Below are positions 19,912 to 28,126 of a DNA stretch of 64,000 nt, piece by piece. Within the stretch, counting starts at the first letter, position 1; each line of letters opens with the position of its first letter. Source of the stretch: an uncultured bacterium (GTDB lineage Bacteria; Hydrogenedentota; CAZGCA01; CBFDCQ01). Position numbers and translations under genes: made by a program. A model generated the notes under the pieces. The model saw nothing but the letters and a program-made list of their open reading frames with translations, did no database searches and was not told where the DNA came from. The stretch is taken from assembly GCA_965603355.1 (NCBI GenBank), contig CBFDCQ010000001.1, positions 42,350 through 106,349 on the forward strand, read 5' to 3'.

Positions 19912-21429
19912 ATGAAACGCGTCGTAATGAAGGGGATAACCAAGCGATTTGGCCACGTCGTGGCCAATGACTGGGTGGAATTCAGCGCTTCTTCCGGCGA
20001 AATTCACGGGTTGATCGGTGAGAACGGCGCCGGCAAATCCACTCTGATGAAGATTCTCGCTGGAATGTATCGTGCAGACCACGGCGAAATCCGTGTTGAC
20101 GGAAAACCAGCGGCCATCACGTCGCCACGTGCCGCCAGACAACTCGGCATCGCCATGGTTCACCAGCAATTCAGTCTCGTGGACGCTCTTACGGCACTCG
20201 AGAACGTGATCCTGGGCTCAGAACTGGGCGGTTTCTTTCTGCGCGACCTCGCTGAAGCGGAGAAGTCGGTACGCGATCTTTGCCGAAAGTTCAACTTCAC
20301 ACTCGATATGTCTAGCAGGGTGAGCGACATGACGGTCGGTGAAAAACAGCAACTGGAGATCGTGAAGGCTCTGGTCAAAGGTGCTGAACTGCTTATCCTC
20401 GATGAACCAACGTCATTACTGGCCCCGCCTGAGGTGGAACCTCTGTTCGACGTGATACGCACCCTGAGGACAGAAGGGACGATCGTAGTTTTCATAAGTC
20501 ACAAGCTCGAGGAGGTAATGCACGTCGCTGACCGCATAACGGTGATGCGGGAAGGTTGTGTGGTGGCATCAGGGCTGAAGAGGGTCTTCTCTCAAGACAC
20601 CTTGGCCGAGCTGATAATAGGAGCCAGGCTGGAGCACAAGGAGGGGCGGGCTCGCCGGAGACCTCCGCCTCGCCGCAGGCGCCCCAAGCTCAGCGTCGAG
20701 CGGTTATGTCTCGCAAAGAACGGCCGCCAAGTGTTGAAGGACGTGACCTTCTCGCTGCGGCCAGGTGAAATCCTTGGTGTAGCCGGCGTGTCGGGCAACG
20801 GTCAAAGCGAGCTTGCCGAAGTTCTGGCGGGACTTGCAGTACCGACGAGCGGGAAGGTGATCATTAACGGCACTGCTTTCGCCAGACTATCTCCCGCGCA
20901 AGCGCGCCGAGCCGGTATAGCCCACATACCCGAAAACACACGAGAACGAGCGTTGGTGCCGGAAATGACTGTCGCTGAAAACGCGTTTCTGGGTAGGTGC
21001 GAAGCCCCCGGACAGCATTGTCCAGCCCTTCTGAGGTCGAAGGAACTGAAGGATACGGCTTCTCTCCTCATTCGGCGGTACAATATTAAACCGCCAAATC
21101 CCAACGCGCCTGTCGGGGACCTGTCAGGAGGCAACCAACAGAAGGTTGTGCTCGCTCGCGAGCTATCCTGGGTACCGAGTATAGTCGTTGCGGCATATCC
21201 GACGCGCGGACTGGACCTGCGAACGCGGCTCTTTCTCCACGAGCAGTTCTTGCGGTTGCGGCGGAAAGGTGCGGCTGTACTCCTCATCTCGGCTGACCTG
21301 CCGGAAGTGCTCGAGTTGAGCGACAGAGTCCTGGTCTTCTACGCGGGGGAGACTCGCGGCCCGTTCGATTTGAAGGAGCTCGATGAACGGCGTCTTGGGC
21401 TGCTTATGACAGGTTCGCGCGGCGAGTAG
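19912..21429 (+). CDS. ABC transporter ATP-binding protein with tandem ATPase domains (nucleoside/sugar type)
   Basis: Domain 1 has Walker A GENGAGKST, signature LTVGEKQQLEI and Walker B LLILDEPT. Domain 2 has GVAGVSGNGQSELAEV, LSGGNQQKVVLAREL and GAAVLLISADL. The start was chosen at MKRVVMKGITKRFG. Confidence 0.85.
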   Translation: MKRVVMKGITKRFGHVVANDWVEFSASSGEIHGLIGENGAGKSTLMKILAGMYRADHGEIRVDGKPAAITSPRAARQLGIAMVHQQFSLVDALTALENVILGSELGGFFLRDLAEAEKSVRDLCRKFNFTLDMSSRVSDMTVGEKQQLEIVKALVKGAELLILDEPTSLLAPPEVEPLFDVIRTLRTEGTIVVFISHKLEEVMHVADRITVMREGCVVASGLKRVFSQDTLAELIIGARLEHKEGRARRRPPPRRRRPKLSVERLCLAKNGRQVLKDVTFSLRPGEILGVAGVSGNGQSELAEVLAGLAVPTSGKVIINGTAFARLSPAQARRAGIAHIPENTRERALVPEMTVAENAFLGRCEAPGQHCPALLRSKELKDTASLLIRRYNIKPPNPNAPVGDLSGGNQQKVVLARELSWVPSIVVAAYPTRGLDLRTRLFLHEQFLRLRRKGAAVLLISADLPEVLELSDRVLVFYAGETRGPFDLKELDERRLGLLMTGSRGE

Positions 21430-21452
21430 CGCCCGAACCGGGACGTTTCTTG

Positions 21453-21482
21453 TTGACAGGTCGTGGTTGACGATGCTAGTAT
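21453..21482 (+). promoter_or_regulatory. candidate strong sigma-70 promoter for the peptidase gene
   Basis: TTGACA, an 18 nt spacer, then TAGTAT. This leaves a roughly 285 nt leader before the ATG at 21775. Confidence 0.4.
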
Positions 21483-21774
21483 CAACTCGACGTCGAGAAC
21501 CCCGTTGGGGGGATTGGGAGGGTCCAAATAGCTTCTCCGTTATCCAGAGCGGACGCCTACCGTGGAGAACGCTGTGGGGCAAGCTGATGATGGAGTCCGG
21601 CAGTCTCAGTACAGCCCGCGATGAATTCAGTACGCACTCGGCGCGTGGCAAGCGCAAAGAACAGTCATTTCCGCAAGAGTGCGCTTCTTCGAGAGATCTC
21701 TTTCTTGCATCGCGATTCCCGCGTGATCTTCTGATGATCGGTCGAGGGACGATACAGAATTGAGGAGAATAGCC

Positions 21775-24315
21775 ATGACGAGGGGGATACCGTTCAGCGT
21801 CCGTTTTGTTCCTGCGATTTCCGTTCTGATGCTGGTTATATTGTCGCTTGGCGTTGCCGAAGCTCAGGAACCTCCGGCCAAGTGGACGTTCATGGTTTAC
21901 ATGGACGGGGACAACAACCTTGAAACGGACGCTATCCAGGACTTCCTCGAGATGGCGCAGGTCGGCTCGAGTGACGACATTGACATAGTGGTTCTTTTCG
22001 ACCGAATAGACGGGTATGACTGGACCCACGGGGACTGGACCGCCGCGAGGTTGTTCCATATAGAGCAGAACGAGCTGCCTGAGGCCACCGAGGGGGTCAG
22101 TTGGGGAGAAGTTAACATGGGGGACCCGCAGACGCTGGTCCAGTTTGTTACTTCGGCGGCGGCAGACTACCCGGCCGACAACTATGCACTTGTGCTGTGG
22201 AACCATGGAGGCGGGTGGCGTAACCGCGCAGAGCAAAAAGCGGGAAACGCACCTTTCAAAGACGTATGCTGGGACGATACGAGCATGGACGTCCTTCATA
22301 CGTATGAACTCCGACAAGCCCTCGAGGAAATCCAGACGACCGTGGGCACGATCGACCTCATCGGGTTCGACGCCTGTCTGATGGCGATGCTCGAGGTCGC
22401 GTACGAGCTCCGGAATCACGGCGATGTTATGGTTGCGTCCGAAGAGGTTGAACCGGTTGCCGGTTGGGCGTACGACGACGTGCTCCGCGACCTTGCCGCT
22501 GACCCGCTGATGACGGCAGCCCAGCTGGGACAAGTTATAGTGAACCGGTACGCCCAAGAGATGGCGTGGTTCTCAGGACACACAGTTTCCACGATCGACC
22601 TCAGCGAGGTACAGGATCTCGCTGACCGGGTGGACACGCTTGCGGAAACGCTCAGCGCTCACTGGGAGGACGATCAGGACGCAGTCAAAAGCGCGGCAAC
22701 TGATGTAATGACCCAGGTCGAGCAGACGGTCATTCACGAGCTCCACGGAAGCTCGTCGCCGGGCAGCCACGGTCTGGCGATCTACTTCCCTGAAGTGCAG
22801 TACATGTTCGACCCGAGCTACACTGGAACGACGATCTTGTTCGCGCTGGACACGCAATGGGACGATTTTCTCTCGAGCTTTTACGGTACGATGCAGCGCT
22901 CATGGGTGAGAACCGCAAGAGTCCTTGCGCAATTCTACGAGTGCCTGTACTACGAGCATGTCGACCTGTACGATTTCTGCTCTCAGCTCGTGAACTACGC
23001 TCCACCGACCATCGAGTACGAGGAGTCGCTCGTCACAAACGAGTTCATCGGGGGCGGCGAGCCACAATTATGGTGCGACGATGAGTGGTGCTGGCGTTAC
23101 GTTCTCCCCTTTCCGTTCCCGTTCTTTGGGGAGGAGGAAACAGCCGTATGGATTTGCTCCAACGGATACCTCGATTTCACAAGCAGTGAGTCTGAATGGG
23201 TAAACTGGGCTCGTGGATTAGTCGAGAATAAGCGCATTGCACCATTATGGACGGACCTTGATACGACGTCTTGGGGTGATATTTACATTCATCAGCCTAC
23301 ACCGGACTCGGTCTGCATTCGTTGGGAAACGGAGGAATATGGTGCCTTCGGTCTCGTCAACGTGGAGGTTGTGCTTTACCGCAACGGGACTATCAAGTTC
23401 AACTATGGGTCTGACAACACGACTCTGGGCGAATCGTTCGTCTGGACGTGGGGTGCCTACTGGGCGCCAACCATAGGGCTCTCAAACGGCGATGGCCTTA
23501 ATATGCACTATTCCGAGTACGACTCCCGCTCCAATCTAACAGGAGTCGACACCGTGGTATGGACGCCCCCTATAGTGGATTCAGATGGCGACGGTCTGCT
23601 CGACTCGGTGGAAACCAACACTGGCGTGTACGTCGACGAGAACGACACCGGCACGGATCCTGACGAGCCGGACACCGACGGCGACGGTCTTACCGATTGG
23701 GATGAGGTGCACACTTATCCCTGCGACCCGAACGACGCGGACACCGACAACGACGACCTTGAGGACGGCGAGGAGATTAACACGCACGGGACCGACCCGG
23801 ACGACGACGACTCGGACGACGACACTTACACTGACGGAGAGGAAGTCGCAGCGAACACGGACCCTCTTGACGCGAGTTCGATGCCTTCCGGCAGACGCGC
23901 CGCGCCACCGCCGCCGCCGCCCGCACCGGTACGTGGTCATCACAGCGACAGCGGAATAGAAAAGCTGAATCCGTGCTTCATCGCCACGGCGGCGTACGGC
24001 ACACCGACGGCCGACCAGGTGCGCACGCTCCTAGAGTTCAGGGACACTTATCTGTTGACCAACCGCGCAGGTTGCGCTCTTGTGAGAACATACTATAGGC
24101 TAAGTCCACCGGTGGCAAGATTCATAGAAGGTTGGCCGTCAGGCAAGAAGCTGGTACGCGCCGCTCTGACACCGGTTGTCCTGGTGGCACGCGTGGCACT
24201 CAATTCACCAGTCGCTTGCGCGGCAGCCTTCGCGGCGGCGGTCGCGCTGTCCTTCTCGCTGACGGCATTCCCGGTTTCGCGCGTCCGGCGCCGGCGACGT
24301 ATACGACGCAGTTGA
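21775..24315 (+). CDS. secreted clostripain-like cysteine peptidase (C11 family) with Ca-binding TSP3-like repeats and a C-terminal CFIATAAYG sorting-like domain
   Basis: RBS GAGGAG before the ATG at 21775. Signal peptide. C11 hallmarks: FMVYMDGDNNLE, catalytic His in LVLWNHGGGW and catalytic Cys in IGFDACLMAM. Aspartate-rich DxDxDG repeats (DSDGDGLLD, DTDGDGLTDWDE, DADTDNDDLEDGEE). The C-terminus has PCFIATAAYGTP...LLEFRDTYLL, then a hydrophobic helix and RRRRRIRRS. Confidence 0.8.
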   Translation: MTRGIPFSVRFVPAISVLMLVILSLGVAEAQEPPAKWTFMVYMDGDNNLETDAIQDFLEMAQVGSSDDIDIVVLFDRIDGYDWTHGDWTAARLFHIEQNELPEATEGVSWGEVNMGDPQTLVQFVTSAAADYPADNYALVLWNHGGGWRNRAEQKAGNAPFKDVCWDDTSMDVLHTYELRQALEEIQTTVGTIDLIGFDACLMAMLEVAYELRNHGDVMVASEEVEPVAGWAYDDVLRDLAADPLMTAAQLGQVIVNRYAQEMAWFSGHTVSTIDLSEVQDLADRVDTLAETLSAHWEDDQDAVKSAATDVMTQVEQTVIHELHGSSSPGSHGLAIYFPEVQYMFDPSYTGTTILFALDTQWDDFLSSFYGTMQRSWVRTARVLAQFYECLYYEHVDLYDFCSQLVNYAPPTIEYEESLVTNEFIGGGEPQLWCDDEWCWRYVLPFPFPFFGEEETAVWICSNGYLDFTSSESEWVNWARGLVENKRIAPLWTDLDTTSWGDIYIHQPTPDSVCIRWETEEYGAFGLVNVEVVLYRNGTIKFNYGSDNTTLGESFVWTWGAYWAPTIGLSNGDGLNMHYSEYDSRSNLTGVDTVVWTPPIVDSDGDGLLDSVETNTGVYVDENDTGTDPDEPDTDGDGLTDWDEVHTYPCDPNDADTDNDDLEDGEEINTHGTDPDDDDSDDDTYTDGEEVAANTDPLDASSMPSGRRAAPPPPPPAPVRGHHSDSGIEKLNPCFIATAAYGTPTADQVRTLLEFRDTYLLTNRAGCALVRTYYRLSPPVARFIEGWPSGKKLVRAALTPVVLVARVALNSPVACAAAFAAAVALSFSLTAFPVSRVRRRRRIRRS

Positions 24316-24598
24316 CCAACCGCGCCTCTCCCGACTCTCATCGGGGGATCGCGATAAACAGGAGTGTTGTCGAAGACTCGATGGGGAAAGCCTGAGTAGA
24401 GCCAGCGTAGCATTGATATGCGGGTGGGAACACCGGAGTGTCCTATTGCGCCCCGCATCCGTTCCGGCTCTCCGCGTGGCTTCGTAGTCAACCCTGCACG
24501 GTGTATAGTTGTGTTAGCGGGCCTTGCACGTTCTTAACTGAAGCTTAAGTGCCCGAAGCCCAGACATAAGGAGTGACCTCCGGAGACTGTCAAACAGA

Positions 24599-26536
24599 AT
24601 GAGACTTGCGCTCGTTAGAATGTCCCTCCGCGCGAAGCTGGTGGCAAGCTTCCTCATCGTCGTGCTGATTACCGGGACTACCGCGATATTGGTGGGCGTC
24701 AGCCTAATCGCCAACGGCGTCATCAGGCAAGCTGAAGATAACGTGCGTCTCGATCTGAACTCGGCCCGCGAGGTCTATCAGGAAAGAGTACGCCAAATCG
24801 ACACCGTCCTGCATTTCACTGCGATCCGTTCCGTCATGGTGCGAGACGCGCTCATCAACAAAGACAGAAAGACACTTGGAACGACGCTCGAAGAAGTGCG
24901 GCAGGCCAGTGCGATGGACATCCTGACCATAACCGACGGTGAAGGGCGCGTCCTCCATCGATGTCAAAACCCTCAGGTTTATGCTGATGATCTAAGCCAA
25001 GACGAGTTCGTGAAACGGGTCCTGCGCGACCGGGAATGTGCAATGGGAACCACCCTTGTGCCCGCAGAGCAACTGGTGAAAGAGAGCCCGGAACTCGCGG
25101 AACGAGCGCGGGTCAAGTTCGTCCAAACCGAGAAGGCGAAACCCAGACCTGGAACTGAAGAGACGACAGGTATGATGATGAAAGCGGCAGTCCCCATCTT
25201 TGGCGACAGCGGCGATGTTGTGGGGGTGCTTTATGGCGGAGACCTGCTCAACAAGGATAACGAGATCGTGGACCGGGTCAAAGCCATCGTGTATCGGGGC
25301 GAACGGTACAAGGGCAAAGAGACCGGTACCACGACGATCTTCCAGGGAGACTTGCGCATATCCACTAACGTCAGGAACGATGACGGTAAGCGGGCGATTG
25401 GAACGCGGGTGTCGGCGGAAGTCAACGATACCGTGCTCGTGAAAGGTTTGCCCTGGGTCGGGCGGGCGTTCGTCGTGAACGACTGGTACATCGCGGCGTA
25501 CGAGCCGATACGGAACGTAAACGACGAGATCATCGGTATGCTCTATGTCGGTGTGCTCGAAGAGAAGTTCGCGGACATGAAGAAGAGGACGCTGTGGATA
25601 TTTGTAGGCATAACGATAGCGGGCGCGGTGGCCGCTCTGGCGGTGTCGTACCTGCTTGAGCTGAGCATTCTTAAGCCGATCAGGGAACTGGCCCGAGGCG
25701 CCCATGAGCTCGCCGGAGGAAATCTCGAGTACCGGGTTAAAACGGCCTCAAAAGACGAGATGGGTGAACTGGGGAAAACATTCAACCTCATGGCCGAGAG
25801 CATCAAACAAAGGGACAGGGAGCTTAAAGATAGGACGCGGATGATGGTCGAATCGAAGCGGCTGGCAACGCTCGGCCAGCTCGCCGCCGGCGTGGCTCAC
25901 GAGATAAACAACCCGCTCGGAGGCATATTGGTGTACGCACATCTTCTGCTCGAAGACACGGGCATCGACGATCCCAGACGCGAGAATATGTCGAGGATCG
26001 TTAGGGAGACCACCAGGTGCCGTGACATAGTGAGGAACCTGCTCGATTTTTCGCGGCAAACCAGCCCCCGAGTCGAGGAGGCGGATATTAACGGAATAGT
26101 CGAAGAGGCGCTCGCTATGACGGTCCAGCGGCCGCGGTTCAGGGACGTCAGAGTCGAGTTGGACTTGTGCAGGACGCTGCCGCATGTTATGGTAGATGTA
26201 TCGCAGATCGAACAGGTCTTCAGGAATATCATTCAGAATGCCGCCGAAGCTATGGACGGTGAAGGCAGCATAAGCGTGAGCAGCAGGCTGTCCCGTGAGG
26301 ATGGCATGGTGGAAGTCTCGATAAGCGATACGGGACCAGGCATAGAGATCGAGCATATGGAAAGGTTGTTTGACCCGTTCTTCACCACCAAGGAGGTGGG
26401 GCACGGTACGGGTCTTGGTCTCGCTGTCAGTTATGGTATAGTGGAGAGGCACGGGGGGCGAATCAAGGTCGAGAGCGAGCCGGGAGCAGGTGCTGGTTTT
26501 ATCGTGCAGCTGCCTGTCAAACAGGGGGGTAAGTAG
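24599..26536 (+). CDS. sensor histidine kinase (periplasmic or Cache-like sensor, HAMP, HisKA, HATPase_c)
   Basis: TM1 LVASFLIVVLITGTTAILVGVSL, a roughly 280 aa extracytoplasmic domain, TM2, HAMP (LKPIRELARGAHELAGGNLEYRV), H-box LAAGVAHEINNPLGGI, N-box QNAAEAM, and G-boxes DTGPGI and GTGLGLAV. Confidence 0.85.
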   Translation: MRLALVRMSLRAKLVASFLIVVLITGTTAILVGVSLIANGVIRQAEDNVRLDLNSAREVYQERVRQIDTVLHFTAIRSVMVRDALINKDRKTLGTTLEEVRQASAMDILTITDGEGRVLHRCQNPQVYADDLSQDEFVKRVLRDRECAMGTTLVPAEQLVKESPELAERARVKFVQTEKAKPRPGTEETTGMMMKAAVPIFGDSGDVVGVLYGGDLLNKDNEIVDRVKAIVYRGERYKGKETGTTTIFQGDLRISTNVRNDDGKRAIGTRVSAEVNDTVLVKGLPWVGRAFVVNDWYIAAYEPIRNVNDEIIGMLYVGVLEEKFADMKKRTLWIFVGITIAGAVAALAVSYLLELSILKPIRELARGAHELAGGNLEYRVKTASKDEMGELGKTFNLMAESIKQRDRELKDRTRMMVESKRLATLGQLAAGVAHEINNPLGGILVYAHLLLEDTGIDDPRRENMSRIVRETTRCRDIVRNLLDFSRQTSPRVEEADINGIVEEALAMTVQRPRFRDVRVELDLCRTLPHVMVDVSQIEQVFRNIIQNAAEAMDGEGSISVSSRLSREDGMVEVSISDTGPGIEIEHMERLFDPFFTTKEVGHGTGLGLAVSYGIVERHGGRIKVESEPGAGAGFIVQLPVKQGGK

Positions 26537-27898
26537 ATGTCAGCATCGTTTTCTATCCTTGTAGTAGATGATGAGGAGGTTATGCGCGACTGTTGCGTGC
26601 AGATCCTGTCCCGAGACGGATGCCGCGTTGAGGTGGCCCACGACGGACTTTCCGGGCTTGAGAGAATAAGGAAGGAGCCGTTTGACGTAGTCATACTGGA
26701 TTGGAAAATGCCGGGCCTGAACGGACTGGACCTGCTTGACCGGATCGCGCAAACAAGCGCGGATACTGTTGTGATAGTAATGACGGGTTACGCTTCAGTC
26801 GAATTTGCAGTAGAGGCAATGAGGCACGGCGCGTACGACTTCATACCGAAACCGTTCCCGCCACGGGTACTTCGCGGGATAGTGGCGCGCGCTCTGGAAA
26901 AGCGCGGCTTCGCCAGGGATACGGTTTGTCCACCGAGCGAGCTTGAGACGTTGCGCGGCGTAGACTCTCTTGTTGGAGAGAGCGTCGTCATGAAAGCTAC
27001 AAAACAGCTCGTTAAACGCGCCGCTGCCACCGACAGTACTGTGCTGATCGCCGGCGAGAGCGGTACGGGCAAGGAACTGGTTGCGCGCGCACTGCACCAT
27101 CACAGTGCGCGCAGAGATGGTTCGTTTGTCACGGTCGATTCCGGCGGGTTGGTCGAGAACCTTATCGAGAGCGAACTCTTTGGTCACGTCAGAGGAGCTT
27201 TCACCGGGGCCACGTCTACTCGACAGGGCAGGTTCGAACTCGCTCATGGCGGAACACTGTTCCTGGATGACGTATCCACCCTTGGCTGGTCCGTCCAAGG
27301 AAAGCTCTTGCGCGCCTTACAGGAACGTGAGATTACAAGAGTCGGCAGCGGCCAGGTCATCAAGGTGGACGTGCGAATTATCGCCGCGACAAACAGCGAC
27401 CTGCTCTCCGACGTGGCCGCGGGAGGATTCAGAGAGGACCTTTTCTACCGGCTAAGTGTAATCCCGATCAATCTGCCGCCACTACGGGAGCGCAAGGAGG
27501 ATATTCCTCATCTCGCCAGCTTCTTCCTGAGAAAGTACAACGCCAAGCGTGCCGCAACCAAGGTCAGGAGCATCTCGGAAGAGGCGCTCAGGATGCTTGC
27601 TGACTACGATTGGCCCGGCAACGTGAGGGAGCTCGAAAATGTCATAGAGCGCGCGGTGGTAATGGCCGATAGCGAGACGGTCCGACCGCTCGACCTCGTC
27701 TGGCACCAGTTCTCATCCGCGGTTAGCCTCCGCGGCGCGCGGTCGGCCGGCGCGCGCCTTGAGGATATCGAAAAAGAACATATCAAGAGAACCTTGGCAA
27801 CGTTCAACAGGCACAAGGCCAAGACGGCTGACGCTCTCGGTATTGACCGCAAAACGCTCCGGAACAAGATGCGACGGTACAATATTGAGGAAGATTAG
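26537..27898 (+). CDS. sigma-54-dependent response regulator (NtrC family: REC, AAA+ sigma-54 activator, Fis-type HTH)
   Basis: REC segment ILVVDDEEVMRD...VILDWKMPGLNG, Walker A GESGTGKE, GAFTGA motif (RGAFTGATS), Walker B LFLDDV, and a C-terminal HTH (KTADALGIDRKTLRNKMRRY). Confidence 0.9.
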   Translation: MSASFSILVVDDEEVMRDCCVQILSRDGCRVEVAHDGLSGLERIRKEPFDVVILDWKMPGLNGLDLLDRIAQTSADTVVIVMTGYASVEFAVEAMRHGAYDFIPKPFPPRVLRGIVARALEKRGFARDTVCPPSELETLRGVDSLVGESVVMKATKQLVKRAAATDSTVLIAGESGTGKELVARALHHHSARRDGSFVTVDSGGLVENLIESELFGHVRGAFTGATSTRQGRFELAHGGTLFLDDVSTLGWSVQGKLLRALQEREITRVGSGQVIKVDVRIIAATNSDLLSDVAAGGFREDLFYRLSVIPINLPPLRERKEDIPHLASFFLRKYNAKRAATKVRSISEEALRMLADYDWPGNVRELENVIERAVVMADSETVRPLDLVWHQFSSAVSLRGARSAGARLEDIEKEHIKRTLATFNRHKAKTADALGIDRKTLRNKMRRYNIEED

Positions 27899-27913
27899 CC
27901 TTCTGGCGTAGCG

Positions 27914-27936
27914 TTTTTCCCCGCCAAGGGGAAAAA
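27914..27936 (+). promoter_or_regulatory. inverted repeat: candidate enhancer (UAS) for the NtrC-type activator, or a terminator hairpin
   Basis: TTTTTCCCC-gccaa-GGGGAAAAA (9-bp arms) lies 16 nt after the regulator stop and about 125-140 bp upstream of the sigma-54 -24/-12 element. Confidence 0.35.
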
Positions 27937-28056
27937 CTCCCCCAAAAACCTCCCCTTGTCAACCTTCGCAGGAAACTCATCCCGGGCATTGAGATCCGAC
28001 GTTAGGGCTTGTCCTGAGCCGATTTGGCCCGATGCCCACATTGCTCCAGCACCCTG

Positions 28057-28075
28057 CTGGCACAAAAAATGCTAA
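28057..28075 (+). promoter_or_regulatory. candidate sigma-54 (-24/-12) promoter
   Basis: cTGGCAC-aaaaa-aTGCt compared with the consensus TGGCAC-N5-TTGCW. The GG and GC are correctly spaced and sit about 55 nt upstream of the 28127 start. Confidence 0.5.
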
Positions 28076-28126
28076 TACTGATGAAACGAGAGGCCACAAG
28101 GACAGGATGCAAACGTTGGGGACCCA

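Noticed and set aside
21163-22557. 464-aa minus-strand ORF spanning the ABC ATPase 3' end and the peptidase 5' end
   Set aside because: It overlaps two well-supported plus-strand genes (Walker motifs and C11 motifs) and has no recognisable motifs itself.
24992-26452. Two minus-strand ORFs (237 aa and 234 aa) and several others antisense to regulatory genes, plus 28381..29133
   Set aside because: All lie opposite the histidine-kinase genes, which have complete H, N and G boxes. High-GC antisense frames commonly stay open.
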